The notes under the pieces: model-generated
Databases searched by the model: none
What the model saw: only the letters and a program-made list of their open reading frames with translations
What the model was told of the DNA's origin: nothing
Shown here: positions 49,191 to 62,177 of the stretch, piece by piece
Position numbering within the stretch: position 1 is the stretch's first letter
Layout of the letters: every line of letters begins with the position of its first letter
Position numbers and translations under genes: made by a program
Assembly: GCA_964270895.1 (NCBI GenBank)
Contig: OZ185445.1
Length of the DNA stretch: 64,000 nucleotides
Source of the DNA: Podarcis filfolensis
Lineage: Eukaryota
Direction: 5' to 3' (one strand)

Positions 49191-52100
49191 GATCCTTCTT
49201 GCTCAGGGGATGTTATAAGGCAAATCTGGATGTGCTTTGCAGTAGATCAACAAGGATTTCTGATGGCTAATTGTTCAACAAAAATGACTCCTTTCTCAAC
49301 CTAAATTATACTGCTGAAATGAAGAAAGCTTAGGGCAGTGATGAGAAAACTGTGGCTTTCCAGATGTTGCTGGACTCCATTTCCCATCATCCCTAGCCAG
49401 CATGGCCAATTGTCAGGGAAGATGGGAAGTGTGGCCTGATAACTTCTGGAACTTCACAGGCTCCCCATTCTTGGCTTGGTATACAGGAGTGGAATTGTGA
49501 TTGCAGACCACAGTTTGGAAACCCCCTGCCCTAAAGAACTTAGGCCTCAAATATCTGAAAGATCTCTTTCTTCCCTACAGACCCTCTCAGGTGTTAAGAT
49601 CAGCAGATGGAGCCATCTTGGTAGTTCCACCACCCTCAGAACCTCAGGATGGCAGCAGCCTAGGAGAGGACATTCTCTCTGGCGGTCCCTAAGCTGTGGA
49701 ACTCCTTCCACAAAGAGATGCGTCAGGCACCTTCATTTTACAGTTTCCATCAGCTGCTGAAGGTGCACCTCTTAACCCCGGCCTTTGACAACTGAGATGG
49801 ATATTTTTAGGACAGACCATACTCTCGTGGTAGTAATTCATTTTAAACTGTTTTTAATGATGTATTAAAATTTGTTGTAATCTGCCCCAGGACCTGAGGG
49901 TAAGGTGAAAGGCAGGTAATAAACTAAAATAATAATAATTAATAGCTGCCTCCATGGCGCTGCTAGGGCACTCTAAGAAACAAAATAACCAGAGCAGTTT
50001 TGAAATTAGTGGTGAAAATCAGTGCTCTTTTGAAAGGTTCAGCCCACCGACTTGATCCAAAATGAAATCTGATTGTATTCAAACACAGACATAAATCAAT
50101 GCAGTTTTGAAAGCCATCTTGATTCAAAATGGAGTCACATTGTCTCCAAACATAGATGAAAACCTCCTCCTTGATCTCAGGAACCATCAGGACTTCCTTG
50201 TTTTCATCAGAGAAATGTTGGGAGGGTGTGTCATGGTTGTGGTTAAAAGGTATCAAAATGCATAGCAAACAGACAAACAACTTTCCAAAGTATATGGAAG
50301 ATTATTATAGAGCATTTAAAGAAGATGAGGCAGGAATTTCTAACCACCATACCTCATGAGCATGAGCAAACAAAGGATATCTTGAACCTAACAGTCATCA
50401 GTATGAACTGATCCTATGTGATTTGAAGTAAGGCCTCATGGGGCTTTGTGCCATTTGAGATCAACATTGGCCTCAGCCTGTTTCATCAGATTCAGCTCTC
50501 ATGAAGTAAGCTCTTGCCATGATAGCTCACGCCACTCATAAACCACAGCACTTTTTGTCTGTTTGAATTATACAGTTCTCGCTTAAGGGCTGTACAACCA
50601 AATCCCAAGCACAAGGCAGCAGGGGAGTGATCTGACTCACAGGTAAGATGGGGAAAGGGGCTGAATTATTCAGGCAGGAGTGTCTGGGAGCTGCACAGAA
50701 GAACACAGAACATGCCAAAGCAAATAGTGTGCTAATCCCCAAGGATGCATGCTTCCTTTAAGATGAGAGGTTTTGGCAAATTCCTACACGGAAATAGGAA
50801 TCTGCGTATAGGTCTTTCATCATGTGCAAATGAGATCTTAAAGGTGCGAGGTAAGCAAAGAGGAAAAATAAAAATTATAAAATCTAAGCAAGGCAAAACT
50901 AAGAAATGTCTTCCCTACGCAGCTTTTATTCTGTGCCACGGCGCACCAGTAAAAATTACCTTATTTTGTGATTTTGGGTTTGAGGTGCATTAGAATTGAT
51001 TTGAGAGCACTAAAGCATACTGAAGTGCATTTTGTGTTTTTAATTTCTTTCACTGCAAGGAGACGTTTGGTAAAGGAAAGGGCTAAGACTGGAAGGACAG
51101 AAAGAGATTTTCATGAAAACTTTCATCAGCCTTAGAAGACATATAGTCACCTTTTCCCATTGCCCAGAGTAGATTTTGTTGGCCCTCAGTGATGCCATCA
51201 CATTCATTATGTGATCCCCAACTGGCTGGAGAGAAAACCCCCAAACAGAAGGGTGGTGGTACTGAAACAGCGGCAGGAAGATAAGGGTAGGGAATACAAT
51301 AGCAGTGAGTCATTTTGAAAAAGAAAAAAATGGACATTCACAAATGCACAGCATTTCCCCCCAGGAAATATTTTGTCCTCAACCTGAAAGCACTGCTTTC
51401 AATCCCAAAACTGGGTTGGCAGCGAAGAAACTGAAACCCATATAATAAGAAGAACTAGGGAGATGGGCTTAGCAGTTGCCTCCATTTTACCCTTGGCTAA
51501 TTTGGCCTGTGGAGTAGACAGCCCGGCATAACATAAGTTCATTGGCGTCCCTTTTCTTTTTCAGATTGTATTTTCCTCCATGCATGCTCTGCTCAACATC
51601 TGAGGCCTTGTTCTGGATACCATAGTCGCTTGAGAAGTGACTACTTGGAGGAAGGCCTTTTCTGTGGTGGCTCCCATGCTGTGTAATGCTCTGTGAGGCC
51701 CTGACACCATGCTCTTTTACGCAATTAGTTAAAACATGCCTGTCCAAAATAGCATTTGGCTGAATGTTTTTCTTTCCATTGGTAGTGTTTTATTGTCATT
51801 GTTTGATTTAAATTTTGTGATTCTTATGACCTGTGTATGAAATTTGATGGTTTTTATGTTATTATATTATTACCTTGAGTTCTACCTACCCAGCACTCTC
51901 CAATACAAAAAATTAGGATCCTCAAGTCAATATATTCTTTGGTTAGAAAAAGAAAGAGGAAATGCCTGTATCATCATACAAGCCAGAACAGTGATATGAC
52001 AAATAACCCAGTATGGCTGAGGATTAATTTTGGCTTCCCACAAAGCCTAGCTATTCATAACCAGCAGTAAAAGACTGGGATTTCACAAGTCACTAATGTG

Positions 52101-53784
52101 GCAATGCACACCCTTCAACATCTTCCTGATGAAAATAGCCACATGTGTTTGATTTGACACAAGAAAGTAGCAAGAACCATGAGAAAGAGAGTCTCCTCTG
52201 TGAGTTTTTCCATTTCATATAATCAATTACATTGGAAGCATCTTTCAAAGTTCATATTTCTCTGCCAACTAGGCTCTCATAGATGGGCATCTGAATATAA
52301 TATTTGCTCTTTACTGCACTGGATCATGTGCGTTGGACCACATGTGTGTACTTCGGCATGTGTGTTCATACAGTTCCTATGATTCTTCTGCCTCAAAAAC
52401 AGAAGAATCATGGGAACTTGGCAGAGCATAAGTACACTGGTATGCACATGGACCCAAACCAGATATCATATCATATGTGCAGTAACACATGCATGCACCC
52501 CATTGTGTATGCACTATTCCAGATGGCCAACCATCTGAATCAGATCTTAGAATCTGTTTGTTCGGCAAGTCTGAGCCCCACAAGGTGCAAACAGCTTCTG
52601 CTGAAACAACAGTAGTCTCTCATCAATACGTGAAGTTGGCAGGGTGAAAAGCAGGAAAGAGCAAAAGAAAGTGTAAGTGCACCAATGCATGCTCCCTCCA
52701 TTCTCAGAGACCATCTCCCGCATTTCTCTTTTGTTGCTAAAGCACATGTGCAGATTGGACCCAAGTGAGAAAAGAGTTGCCGTGCAGAGGACCGGTCCTT
52801 GCAATATCAGGTATTGCTCTACAGAGCCTAGTCAGCAATGCAGGATAGGAATTAAAGCCTAGGAAACAGGTCAGATCCAGCTAATCAAGGCAATAGGGCA
52901 CAGGGCCAAACAGGGAAAACAGGACATGCACATTAAACAGGTGAGATAATAGATGGATCTGGAATGGGAGCAAAGAGATCTCCAAGCCATTTCAATTAAT
53001 TGCTCAGAACAAAGAGAACATTGAGGTCAAAATGCTGCTGTTGACCTATAAAGCCCTACATGGCTTGGGACCACAGTACCTAAAGGGATGCCTCTTCCCA
53101 TATGTGCCTACCCATGTCCAGGATAATCAAGAGGAGGCCCTTCCACAAGTTTCCCCTCCATCCAAGGTATGGGGAAAGGCAGTTGGAGAGGGAGCCTTTT
53201 CAGTGGTGTCCCCCCACCCCAGAGCCGGCCCAGCCATTAGGCAGGGGGAGACTGCTGCTTCAGGTGGCAGAAACCCCCTAGGCAGCATGCCCACAGATGC
53301 CCCACCTGCCTCCACCACTGGCAGAGAAGTGCTGCACTGATTTTGAGCAAGATTGTGTCCCTTTTGGGTGAGAACTGACCTCAAATCAGTGCAATCTTCC
53401 CAAAACTGGTGCCAATGGCACTGCCGCTTCTCTGTCAGTGACAGATGTGGCAGGTCGCAAAGAAGCAGCAGAGCAGGTGGCAGCAGGAGAAGCAGGTAGG
53501 TAGTAGTGGCAGCAGCGGCAGAAGGCCAAGCAGCCCTTCCTGACACAAGATGCCCTTGAACACTCTCCCTCGTCAGAGCCTACCTGGTACCCACAGTAGC
53601 ATCTCTGGTACCGGCCAAAGATGTTTCGGCTCACCTGGACCTCCTAACATCTTTAAAGATTTTTTAAAGGAAATTACTGATTACTATTTTAGTCTATGTT
53701 CTGACAGTGTTTACGCATATTATTTGACATTACCGTAGCCCTTCACGCCATTGTATTTTTCCTGTATCCTAAGCAGATGTGAAT

Positions 53785-54139
53785 GGGACGCGGGTGGCGC
53801 TGTGGGTAAAACCTCAGCACCTAGGACTTGCTGATCACATGGTCGGCGGTTCGAATCCCCGTGGCGGGGTGCGCTCCCGTCTTTCGGTCCCAGCGCCTGC
53901 CAACCTAGCAGTTTGAAAGCACCCCCGGGTGCAAGTAAATAAATAGGGACCGCTTACCAGCGGGAAGGTAAACGGCGTTCCGTGTGCTGCGCTGGCTCGC
54001 CAGATGCAGCTTGTCACGCTGGCCACGTGACCCGGAAGTGTCTGCGGACAGCGCTGGCTCCCGGCCTATAGAGTGAGATGAGCGCACAACCCTAGAGTCT
54101 GGCAAGACTGGCCTGTACGGGCAGGGGTACCTTTACCTT
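53785..54139 (+). mobile_element. Sauria SINE, distinct subfamily
   Basis: Diagnostic differences (AAACCTCAGCACCTAGG, GCAGGGGTACCTTTACC); 13-bp TSD TAAGCAGATGTGA. Confidence 0.93.
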
Positions 54140-54714
54140 TAAGCAGATGTGAGGAACCTTTGGGCTGAATGTTGCTAAACTACGACTGCCATCATCCATA
54201 ACCACTGGACATGCTGGCTGGTACTTATATGAGTTGAAGTTCAGCAACATCTGGGGGGGCAAAGGTTTCCCACGCCCAGAGGACTAGCAACTAAGAAACG
54301 TAATTCAAAAATAAACCCAGGAAGTTATCTAGAGATGTACAGTGAGCATTAGATTCTGCACCAAAGCAAACGCCATTCCCAGCTAGGATGCCTCAAACAA
54401 CAGGGAGCCAGAGCCTGATTCCCCAGAGATTAAGGATTCAGACCCATGGCACCAGACAAGGTGTTGCCTATTGAATATTTAGAACATGTGGTTCAAAGGT
54501 ATGCTAAAGACTGTGGCCTTTTTATACAGGCACTGGTTTCTTACTAAACACAGACACAACCTTCACCAGCCAGGATTGGTCCCATTCATTGCAATGGAGG
54601 CAGCAGAGCCGTTCATGTAGTCATATGCTCCCACACACATAAATGAATGCGATGGCCTGATTACATAAAATCTCTGCGGGGCTCTGGATTACAGTGGCAT
54701 TTGATGGCCATTTG

Positions 54715-56300
54715 AATTGTATGATGAGAAGGGAATGCATGCCCATTCCACCTTGCTGAGGATTTTTATAAAATGTCCTATACCAGCACATAAATACTAT
54801 TCCCTGGACACAGAATTCATGGCATCCTTAAAATTCCCTCCCGTGGATAAACCATTGTCCTTATTGGTTTCAAAAAGCAGATTCTTTTCCAATTGGAAAT
54901 GCTTTTCAATTTGGAAATGTAAAGAAATTCTTTTCCAATTTGGAAATGTAAAGAAACTGAAGGTACATTCTTTCACCTTTGGTGGACGTGCCCAAGAATT
55001 AAGGCTTTCTGGGAAATGATCTATAATGAAATGAAAAAGGTATTTAAATATACCTTCCTGAAGAAACCAGAGGCCTTCCTTCTGGGCATTGTCGGCCAAT
55101 TGGTGCCAAAGAAGGACAGAACTTTCTTTATGTATGCAACAATAGCAGCAAGAATACTTATTGCGAAGTATTGGAAGACACAAGATCTACCCACCCTGGA
55201 AGAGTGGCAGATGAAGGTGATGGACTATATGGAATTGGCAGAAATGACTGGCAGAATCCGAGACCTGGGAGAAGAGTTGGTGGAGGAAGACTGGAAGAAA
55301 TTTAAAGACTATCTTCAGAAATATTGTAAAATTAATGAATGTTAAAATTATGTTCGGATTGGCAATAAGTGGTATTCAGCAACAAAAATTAATAAGAATA
55401 TGCAAAAATGAATTGATAAATGGATGAAAAGATAGAGTCATAATATGTTAGGATATAGAGCTAAGATAAATGATAGAGGGTAAGGATTTGCTGAATTGAT
55501 TATGTAAATGGGAATGCAAAAAGGGGAGGTGTGAGGAGGTCAAGGAAACAAGCAAATGAGCTTAAAAACATCAAAAAAGGGATTTGTTTTTTGTATTTTT
55601 CTATTCTTTCTTTTTTATGTATTTTTAATTTTTTTTTCTTGGTTTTTCTTTTATTCTGTAAACCTTTGTTTTTTGTAAAACTCTAATAAATATCTTTAAA
55701 AAAAAAGCAGATTCTTAATTTAAAGACCCAGCTGACAAGCGTTATCGATTATGCATTAAGAAGACCACATGAGGCTACTGCCATTTCCGTAAGAGCAGTG
55801 TGCTTCCATAATCTGGGCTGATGGCACGTTTAACAACCCACAGGGCGATCATCCTAGAAGTAGACAGACCTTTAAAAAGATTTCCAGGGCTTCTGCATTT
55901 GTGGCAGGCGCCACCCTAGATTCCACCGAATTTTGGGGGTGCACAATGGCTGCACAGATGGTGGCATGCCATACCTTGTGGTTAAGACATTGGGAGGTGG
56001 GTTCCCAGTTAAATATAAACCTAGTTACTGTGCCTTTTGCTGGAAGCCAATTATTCAGAGAAGAGACCCTGAAAGACATCCTAACGGAGTCTAGGGATAA
56101 AATGAAAGCACTTGTGACACAGAAGCTGGACAGGAAACATACTAGATGATACTCTCCATACAAATTCTCCCATTCTTATAACCCACAAACCTATACTCCA
56201 CCATATAACCAAACCTTTAACCAGCCCTTTCAAGCATTCGACAACACCGAATATTCAAAGGATGCCAATGTGATCAGAAGTACTTGAGAGAGACACTGTT
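54715..56300 (+). mobile_element. Degenerate DIRS1-like gag (ORF1) remnant, interrupted by an L1
   Basis: Rejoined, frameshifted peptides LKFPPVDKPLSLLVS / KDPADK / AFVAGATLDS...MAAQMVACHTLWLRHW...VPFAGSQLF...LKDILTESRDK fit the vertebrate DIRS1 gag (LAP2alpha-like domain) pattern. Confidence 0.7.
54887..55701 (+). mobile_element. 5'-truncated L1-clade LINE
   Basis: ORF 55016-55345 resembles an L1 ORF2 C-terminus (ATIAARILIAKYWK...PTLEEW...EDWKKFKDYL). Followed by a 3' UTR, AATAAA at 55685 and an A-tail. 15-bp TSD AAAAAGCAGATTCTT (54872-54886 / 55702-55716). Confidence 0.88.
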
Positions 56301-58150
56301 CTGCAATGAAAACCCTACTCCCACATATAGCTTAAGGAAGCCAAATACCACCCCCAGTCCTAGGCCAGATCAAAGCCAAAACTCAGTCACCCAGTGCAGA
56401 TATCTTGCTGGCTCCCTCGAAACACAGTTTGCAAAATTTGTAGCCAACCTTGGGAACACAAGCTTGGTCCTGCTCTCACACCCTTCCCTCATTTGCCTTA
56501 TCCATAGTTTAGCATTGCACATGCACTAAAGCTAACCATGGTTAACACAAAACATAAGCAGCATTCTGCATTCTGGCATTCATCTGAACCTGTAAGCTGT
56601 AAAACTGGGGGGGGGGGACACACAGCACACAACAACTCCAGGTATATGGGCTGCTTTTCAGATCTTCCTGTGATTACTGAATAGGTCTGAAAAGTTCTTT
56701 AAGCATGTTTGATTGAATGTATTAGGAAACCCTCCCTGTAATCAGGAATCCTGATAAGATCCTGGCAAGACTGGGAATCCCAATAAGATCTGAAGAGCAG
56801 CCCATGCACCTGAGGATGTTGGAGGTTAAGTTTTGGGTTTTAAAGCTCAAAATTGAACTCCCTTCCTGCTTTAAAAACTGCTCCACTTTTGAAAGTATGT
56901 AAAAAGTTGCTAAAACCCAGGAGTTCCTGGGACTTCACTGCGGTAAGTTTAACAAGTCAACCAGACAAAGGCAAGAACAGCTGTTTGCTGCATATATATT
57001 TTTCTCTTCCCAAAATTGCTCTGTTCCTTGGCAGGGCTTGCATTGTTTTGAGGTCAGCCTCGTTCATTATGTCTGAAGAAGAGATACGCAGCCTGGTTTA
57101 CTGACAACTAAACCCCATCGACCTCAGTGGGACTTGCACCCTAACACGTGGACCTAATACTGCAGCCTTCAAAAAGAGAATCTTATTTATTTCCTGGAGA
57201 CTATTGCCAATGCATCTAAGACTGTATTATCTGTGCAAAAAAGGGAGGAAGCTCAGGAGCCTATGAAATTGTGGATATTTTTAGGTTATATGCCAAGGGT
57301 AAGAGGCAAGGTACAGAAACAAGCCTGCAGTCGTTGTCCACCTCTTCTGGACTGCACCACAGTTTGCTCTACAGCTTAGTAGACCTGGGGTTGCATGCTC
57401 AGTCTGCCACATATGCCAGTAGATTTATTATGTCTGGACTACGATGTCTAATTATTAAGACTTTTTTTTGAAAAAAAGATGTGCAGTTCTGGAATATATT
57501 TATTCTAAGTGCAGCTTTGCAAGGAAGGGACCAAGTTTAGTAAGCCTATTCTACTTCAGTTGCAGTGATAGATGAATACACTGCTGCTCAGAAGCAGAAC
57601 ATGGTACTTTTCAACCCTGCGTGCCCAGACGTCGTGGGGCTAAGCAACGTACTCAGTGGTCAGGGATGATGGGAGTTACAGTCCGACACTGTTTTAGCAA
57701 ACAGAGACATATGCAATCGCGAACACCAGTTAGGAACCAAACAATTCATTCCCAGACCTTATTTTCACAACCAAGGATACTGCTGGGCACTGAGCGCAGC
57801 TTTGTTCAATTGCAGAATACTTCCCTTAAGATATTTATTTCATTACTTCCAAGTTCCACTGCTTCAACACTGAACAGTAAGTTCTTGTCATAGTCAGTGA
57901 AATCAACTGATTTCCAGTATTAAAAAAAACACACCCAACTATCCCTGTGCTGGGCTGATGCTTAAAGCACTGGATGGTTGCCAGTTTGTCCACCGCATTT
58001 AAAAGACAGATTAATGCTGTTACATATTGTAGTTGCGTAACTATGTTTCCAGATTTCAGCTGTAGCCACCCAGAAAAATGCAATGATGAGAAATGAAGAG
58101 ACGAAAAATGGTATTTTCAAATATGAATAAAGGATAAGAACAGAAGAAGC

Positions 58151-58152
<2 letters not shown>

Positions 58153-58219
<67 letters not shown>
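58153..58219. repeat. (CT)n(CA)n compound microsatellite
   Basis: Directly visible. Confidence 0.95.
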
Positions 58220-58445
58220 AAAGTTTAGTGAGTAACAAGTCAACCATGTTGCAGACTTTGCTAACAGAGGAATCAATATCTTCTTAATGCATAGAACACA
58301 ATGCCAAACTTTTGGTAAATGAAGCTAGCAGGCAAAGGGAAAGAAACAGGGAGATTCTTCTAGCCCGGGAAGTTTACAGGAACTATTTACAAGTTGCAAC
58401 AAATCTGAAACTCAGCAAGGTTCGCATATCCTGACTTCTCCTTAC

Positions 58446-58730
58446 CTGCTGGAAAATCCTGCTCTGTCAACCAGCACGGCCTGAAACCCAGCTGCGTTAG
58501 AGAGGAAAGAGCCCGTCTTCATTTATCCTCATTATTCCACCTGCCATTTTACAAGTTTACTTGCTGCGAGGAGGAATGTGAAGCACGCTGGGGTCCTGCC
58601 CCAGACTTCCTGTTGATGCTCCATGCTCCAAGTGCGCCCCACATCTGATTTTGCCTCTTTGTCCTCCACCCTCGCCTCCTCCACCTCCTTTGGCACCAGC
58701 TTGCCCCGCCCAATCCACGCCGAGCATTTC
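58446..58730 (-). promoter_or_regulatory. Candidate intronic promoter / alternative first exon of PDZD2
   Basis: Overlapping GC box and CCAAT (GCCCCGCCCAAT, about 58703-58714), ETS site ACTTCCTG (58605-58612), strong donor CAG|GTAAGG at 58446. Confidence 0.4.
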
Positions 58731-59337
58731 TCATTTAAGAATGCTGCTTCCAGCTAAATGGCGCTCGTAAGAGAGTTATCTATTGCTTTGGCTGGGCTGC
58801 AAGATGAGGCATTTGTTTCCAACTATTTTTTGGCACAAGCGCAGCAGATGTCAAATAAAGGGAGGGAAAGGCAAACGTTGTCGAGAAGTATTGGGAAAGG
58901 GAGATAAAACAAACACCTGTAGACCACCAGATGTAGACATTAGTTGATGTCACACACACACCCCGCTTCAGATGTGCTGGTGGGGTGTCACATACCAAAA
59001 CAAAATGGCCCTTCACATAGGAAGCTAGCAGCTCAGTTCTGTGCACATTTACGCAAAATTAAGTCCCAGTTTGTTCAGCCGGGCTTAGTCACAGGAAAGT
59101 GGACTCTGTATCGTAATCAAAATGTCAGACAGAAGAGTTCTAGCCTAGCGTCCTCCATGATATGCTGGTTTTCTATGTGCAGGTAGCTAAATACTCTTTC
59201 ATATTTTTTAAAAAGTAAAGAGTATTTAATCATGCTAACTTCACCAGCAGTCCGCAACGGTACAGGCCAGACACAAGTTTACCTCCTCAGTGACAAGGCT
59301 TAAAAGAACTAGAATTTACAATACAGTAATGTCCTAA

Positions 59338-59691
59338 GGGACGTGGGTGGCGCTGTGGGTTAAACCACAGAGCCTAGGACTTGCCGATCAGAAGGTCGGC
59401 GGTTCTAATCCCCGCGACGGGGTGAGCTCCCATTGTTCGGTCCCAGCTCCTGCCAACCTAGCAGTTAGAAAGCACGTCAAAGTGCAAGTAGATAAATAGG
59501 TACTGCTCTGGCGGGAAGGTAAACGGTGTTTCCGTGCACTGCTCTGGTTCGCCAGAAGCGGCTTAGTCATGCTGGCCACATGACCCAGAAGCTGTACGCC
59601 GGCTCCCTTGGCCAATAAAGCGAGATGAGCGCTGCAACCCCAGAGTCGGCCACGACTGGACCTAATGGTCGGGGTCCCTTTACCTTTACCC
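59338..59691 (+). mobile_element. Sauria SINE
   Basis: 11-bp TSD TAATGTCCTAA (59327-59337 / 59692-59702). Confidence 0.95.
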
Positions 59692-61709
59692 TAATGTCCT
59701 AATACCAGCAGCCTCCTTTTAAGCTCTGTTAAAAAAAAATGTCCTCTCTTCTTCCTTTGCCCCTCTTTTTGAGCATCAAAAGCTATTCCTTCCACAGTGT
59801 TTCATGTCACAGCTGCTGCAAAAGGTGCTTCCCCATACCACATGCTCTCCTAGGTTAAGCCTTATGACAGTGAACCTCAATGTGTTTAGGGCTTAGACAC
59901 TCTCCCTCTGCTCCTTCAACACAGCTCCAAGCAGAGATCAGAAACTTGCACTTCTATGTTAGAACGAGTGACGTGCAAGCAAGATGTCAGCAGCAAACAA
60001 TAACTGAAGTTAGAGAAGGAAAACATGGAAAGTTCATTTTGAAAAGGATCTAGTTCAAGCTCAACAGGTCCAAAAAGGAACTAATACCAGTTCACATCCA
60101 TCCCTTCACACAATTAACTAGTTTGGTGAACCTTCAGTTCACAGTTCAATTCAAATTCATCCCAATGATCCTTGGCCATTTTTTTCCAGCATTCAGAATG
60201 TTACAAGCTGCTGTGCTGAAGTATGAAATATACTTAAGAAAACTAAGAACACATCAACATATAGAGAGAATCTATTTCTCCAAACAATCATTATCTTAAA
60301 GCCCAAAGGCCCAAAAGTAAGAAACACATCAAACAGAACGAACTTGAATATGAACTAGAAAAATCTATCCCAAAATGCACTCAATTCACATTCAGTGTCC
60401 CCGGCAATTATGGGAAATACTTTCAAGTGTAGCTCAGAGATGTGTCAACTCATTCAGCAGACTTGATTAAACTGATGTAGTTCGTTCCAAGCACTGATAG
60501 AAACACAGCAAATCTCAGGAAGATGGTGTTGCTTGAGCAAGGCTTGGCTGGAACAGGAAGTCCCTGATACTTCTTCATATCCAGAAGGATCAACAGCCCA
60601 GCCTGGATGAGTCCAAGACCTGAAGGTACTTCCCTGAGAAGATGCCACCTGCAGCTCAGTGGTTTACCACATGGGGCATCTGCACTTGGTTCCATCCATT
60701 CCTGGCATGAAAATTGGCCATGATGGTTTAGTAGGAAAGAGTTACTCAGCTCCCTACAACTTTGGCACCGACACTTTGAGTGGGGACCATGTTCAAGTTA
60801 ATCCTGGGACTAGGAATGTGCTGGGATTGACCCCTTGATCTCAACAGTCTTTTTCAAGTTTCCCAAGGGAAATAACATCAAGTTACTACTAGATCTTCCA
60901 GCTGTGATTTTCAAATCAGCTGCCACTGGCTACGTGGTAAGTTAGAAGTCAGTCAACCAGCTGAAGAGGAGCAGCTTTTATCTCTTTTTCACAACGTAGT
61001 ATGACTCAAAAGCAGCAGCAAAAATTTCCAGACAGATACCGAGCACTAGAAAAGCACTGAGCCGATGCCAGTAAAACATTAAATCTACATTCATCACTCG
61101 CTAGAAGGCTCTTGATTAAGCGAATATTTTTGCAGCTGAAAACCTCCACCTGCATCAACTTGCATGATTGTATGTAAACAGGAAATATTTTTCATGCTAT
61201 CCTTGCAAACCTTCTAATCAAATTAGTGAAGCTTCTGCCTTGTTTGCATCTGCCATTCACTCACACGAACCTTCTGAAAACCAAGAGGGTTGACTTGTTC
61301 CGGTAATGAAAGTTGCACAGATAGCAACTCCCGTGAATGAATAGCTAGCTGAACACATCTGTCCGCAGCGATCAGCACACACAACCACACACCCGCATGC
61401 ACACAGAAGCAAATCAAATGCCTTCATCCTTATTCATGTTTTGTTTCCACATCAGCCATGAACTCTGTTATGAATTAGAAAATACCTGGTGGTGTAATTT
61501 TTTTGTATTTTATTTTAAAGATGAAATGCAGGTTAGACTTGTTTGTGTGACTTCTGCTTCTTCAAACAGTAATACAGAATCAAGGGCAAATATTTTAGGT
61601 TATGAAGCCCCATTTCACACAGAATTCTTATTATGAGTTGCAGCAAATCAGCCAGGCCAGAAAATAAAGAACTTGTTTCATATACGCTTTGTGCAGCCAT
61701 AACTGTATA

Positions 61710-62177
61710 CAGCGGTATCTCGGGTTACATATTCTTCAGGTTACATACACTTCAGGTTACAGACTCTGCTAACCCAGAAATAGTGCTTCAGGTTAAGAAC
61801 TTTGCTTCAGGATGAGAACAGAAATTGGGCTCCGGCGGTGCAGCGGCAGCGGGAGGCCCCATTAGCTAAAGTGGTGCTTCAGGTTAAGAACAGTTTCAGG
61901 TTAAGAACAGACCTCCAGAACGAATTAAGTACTTAACCCGAGTCCTTGGTTCTCGATCTTAGTCCATTCTGGGAGTCCGTTCAACTCCCGAAATCATTCA
62001 AAAACCAAAGCACAGCTTCTGATTGGCTTTAGGAGCTTCCTGCACTCAAGTGGCAGTCGCGTCGGACGTTCGGCTTCCAAAAAACGTTTGCAAACCGGAA
62101 CACTTGCTTCTGGGTCTGCGGTGTTTGGGAGCCGATTTGTTCGACAACTAAGCCGGTCGAGAACCAAGGTACCACTG
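61710..62177. mobile_element. Fused family A + family B pogo-type MITEs
   Basis: Family A body (reverse orientation) at 61710-61942 joined directly to a family B body at 61944-62177. Outer TIRs have TA flanks. Confidence 0.85.

Noticed and set aside
49963-50359. 105-aa and 67-aa ORFs
   Set aside because: No motif I can recognise; possibly a decayed retroelement, but this cannot be supported from sequence alone.
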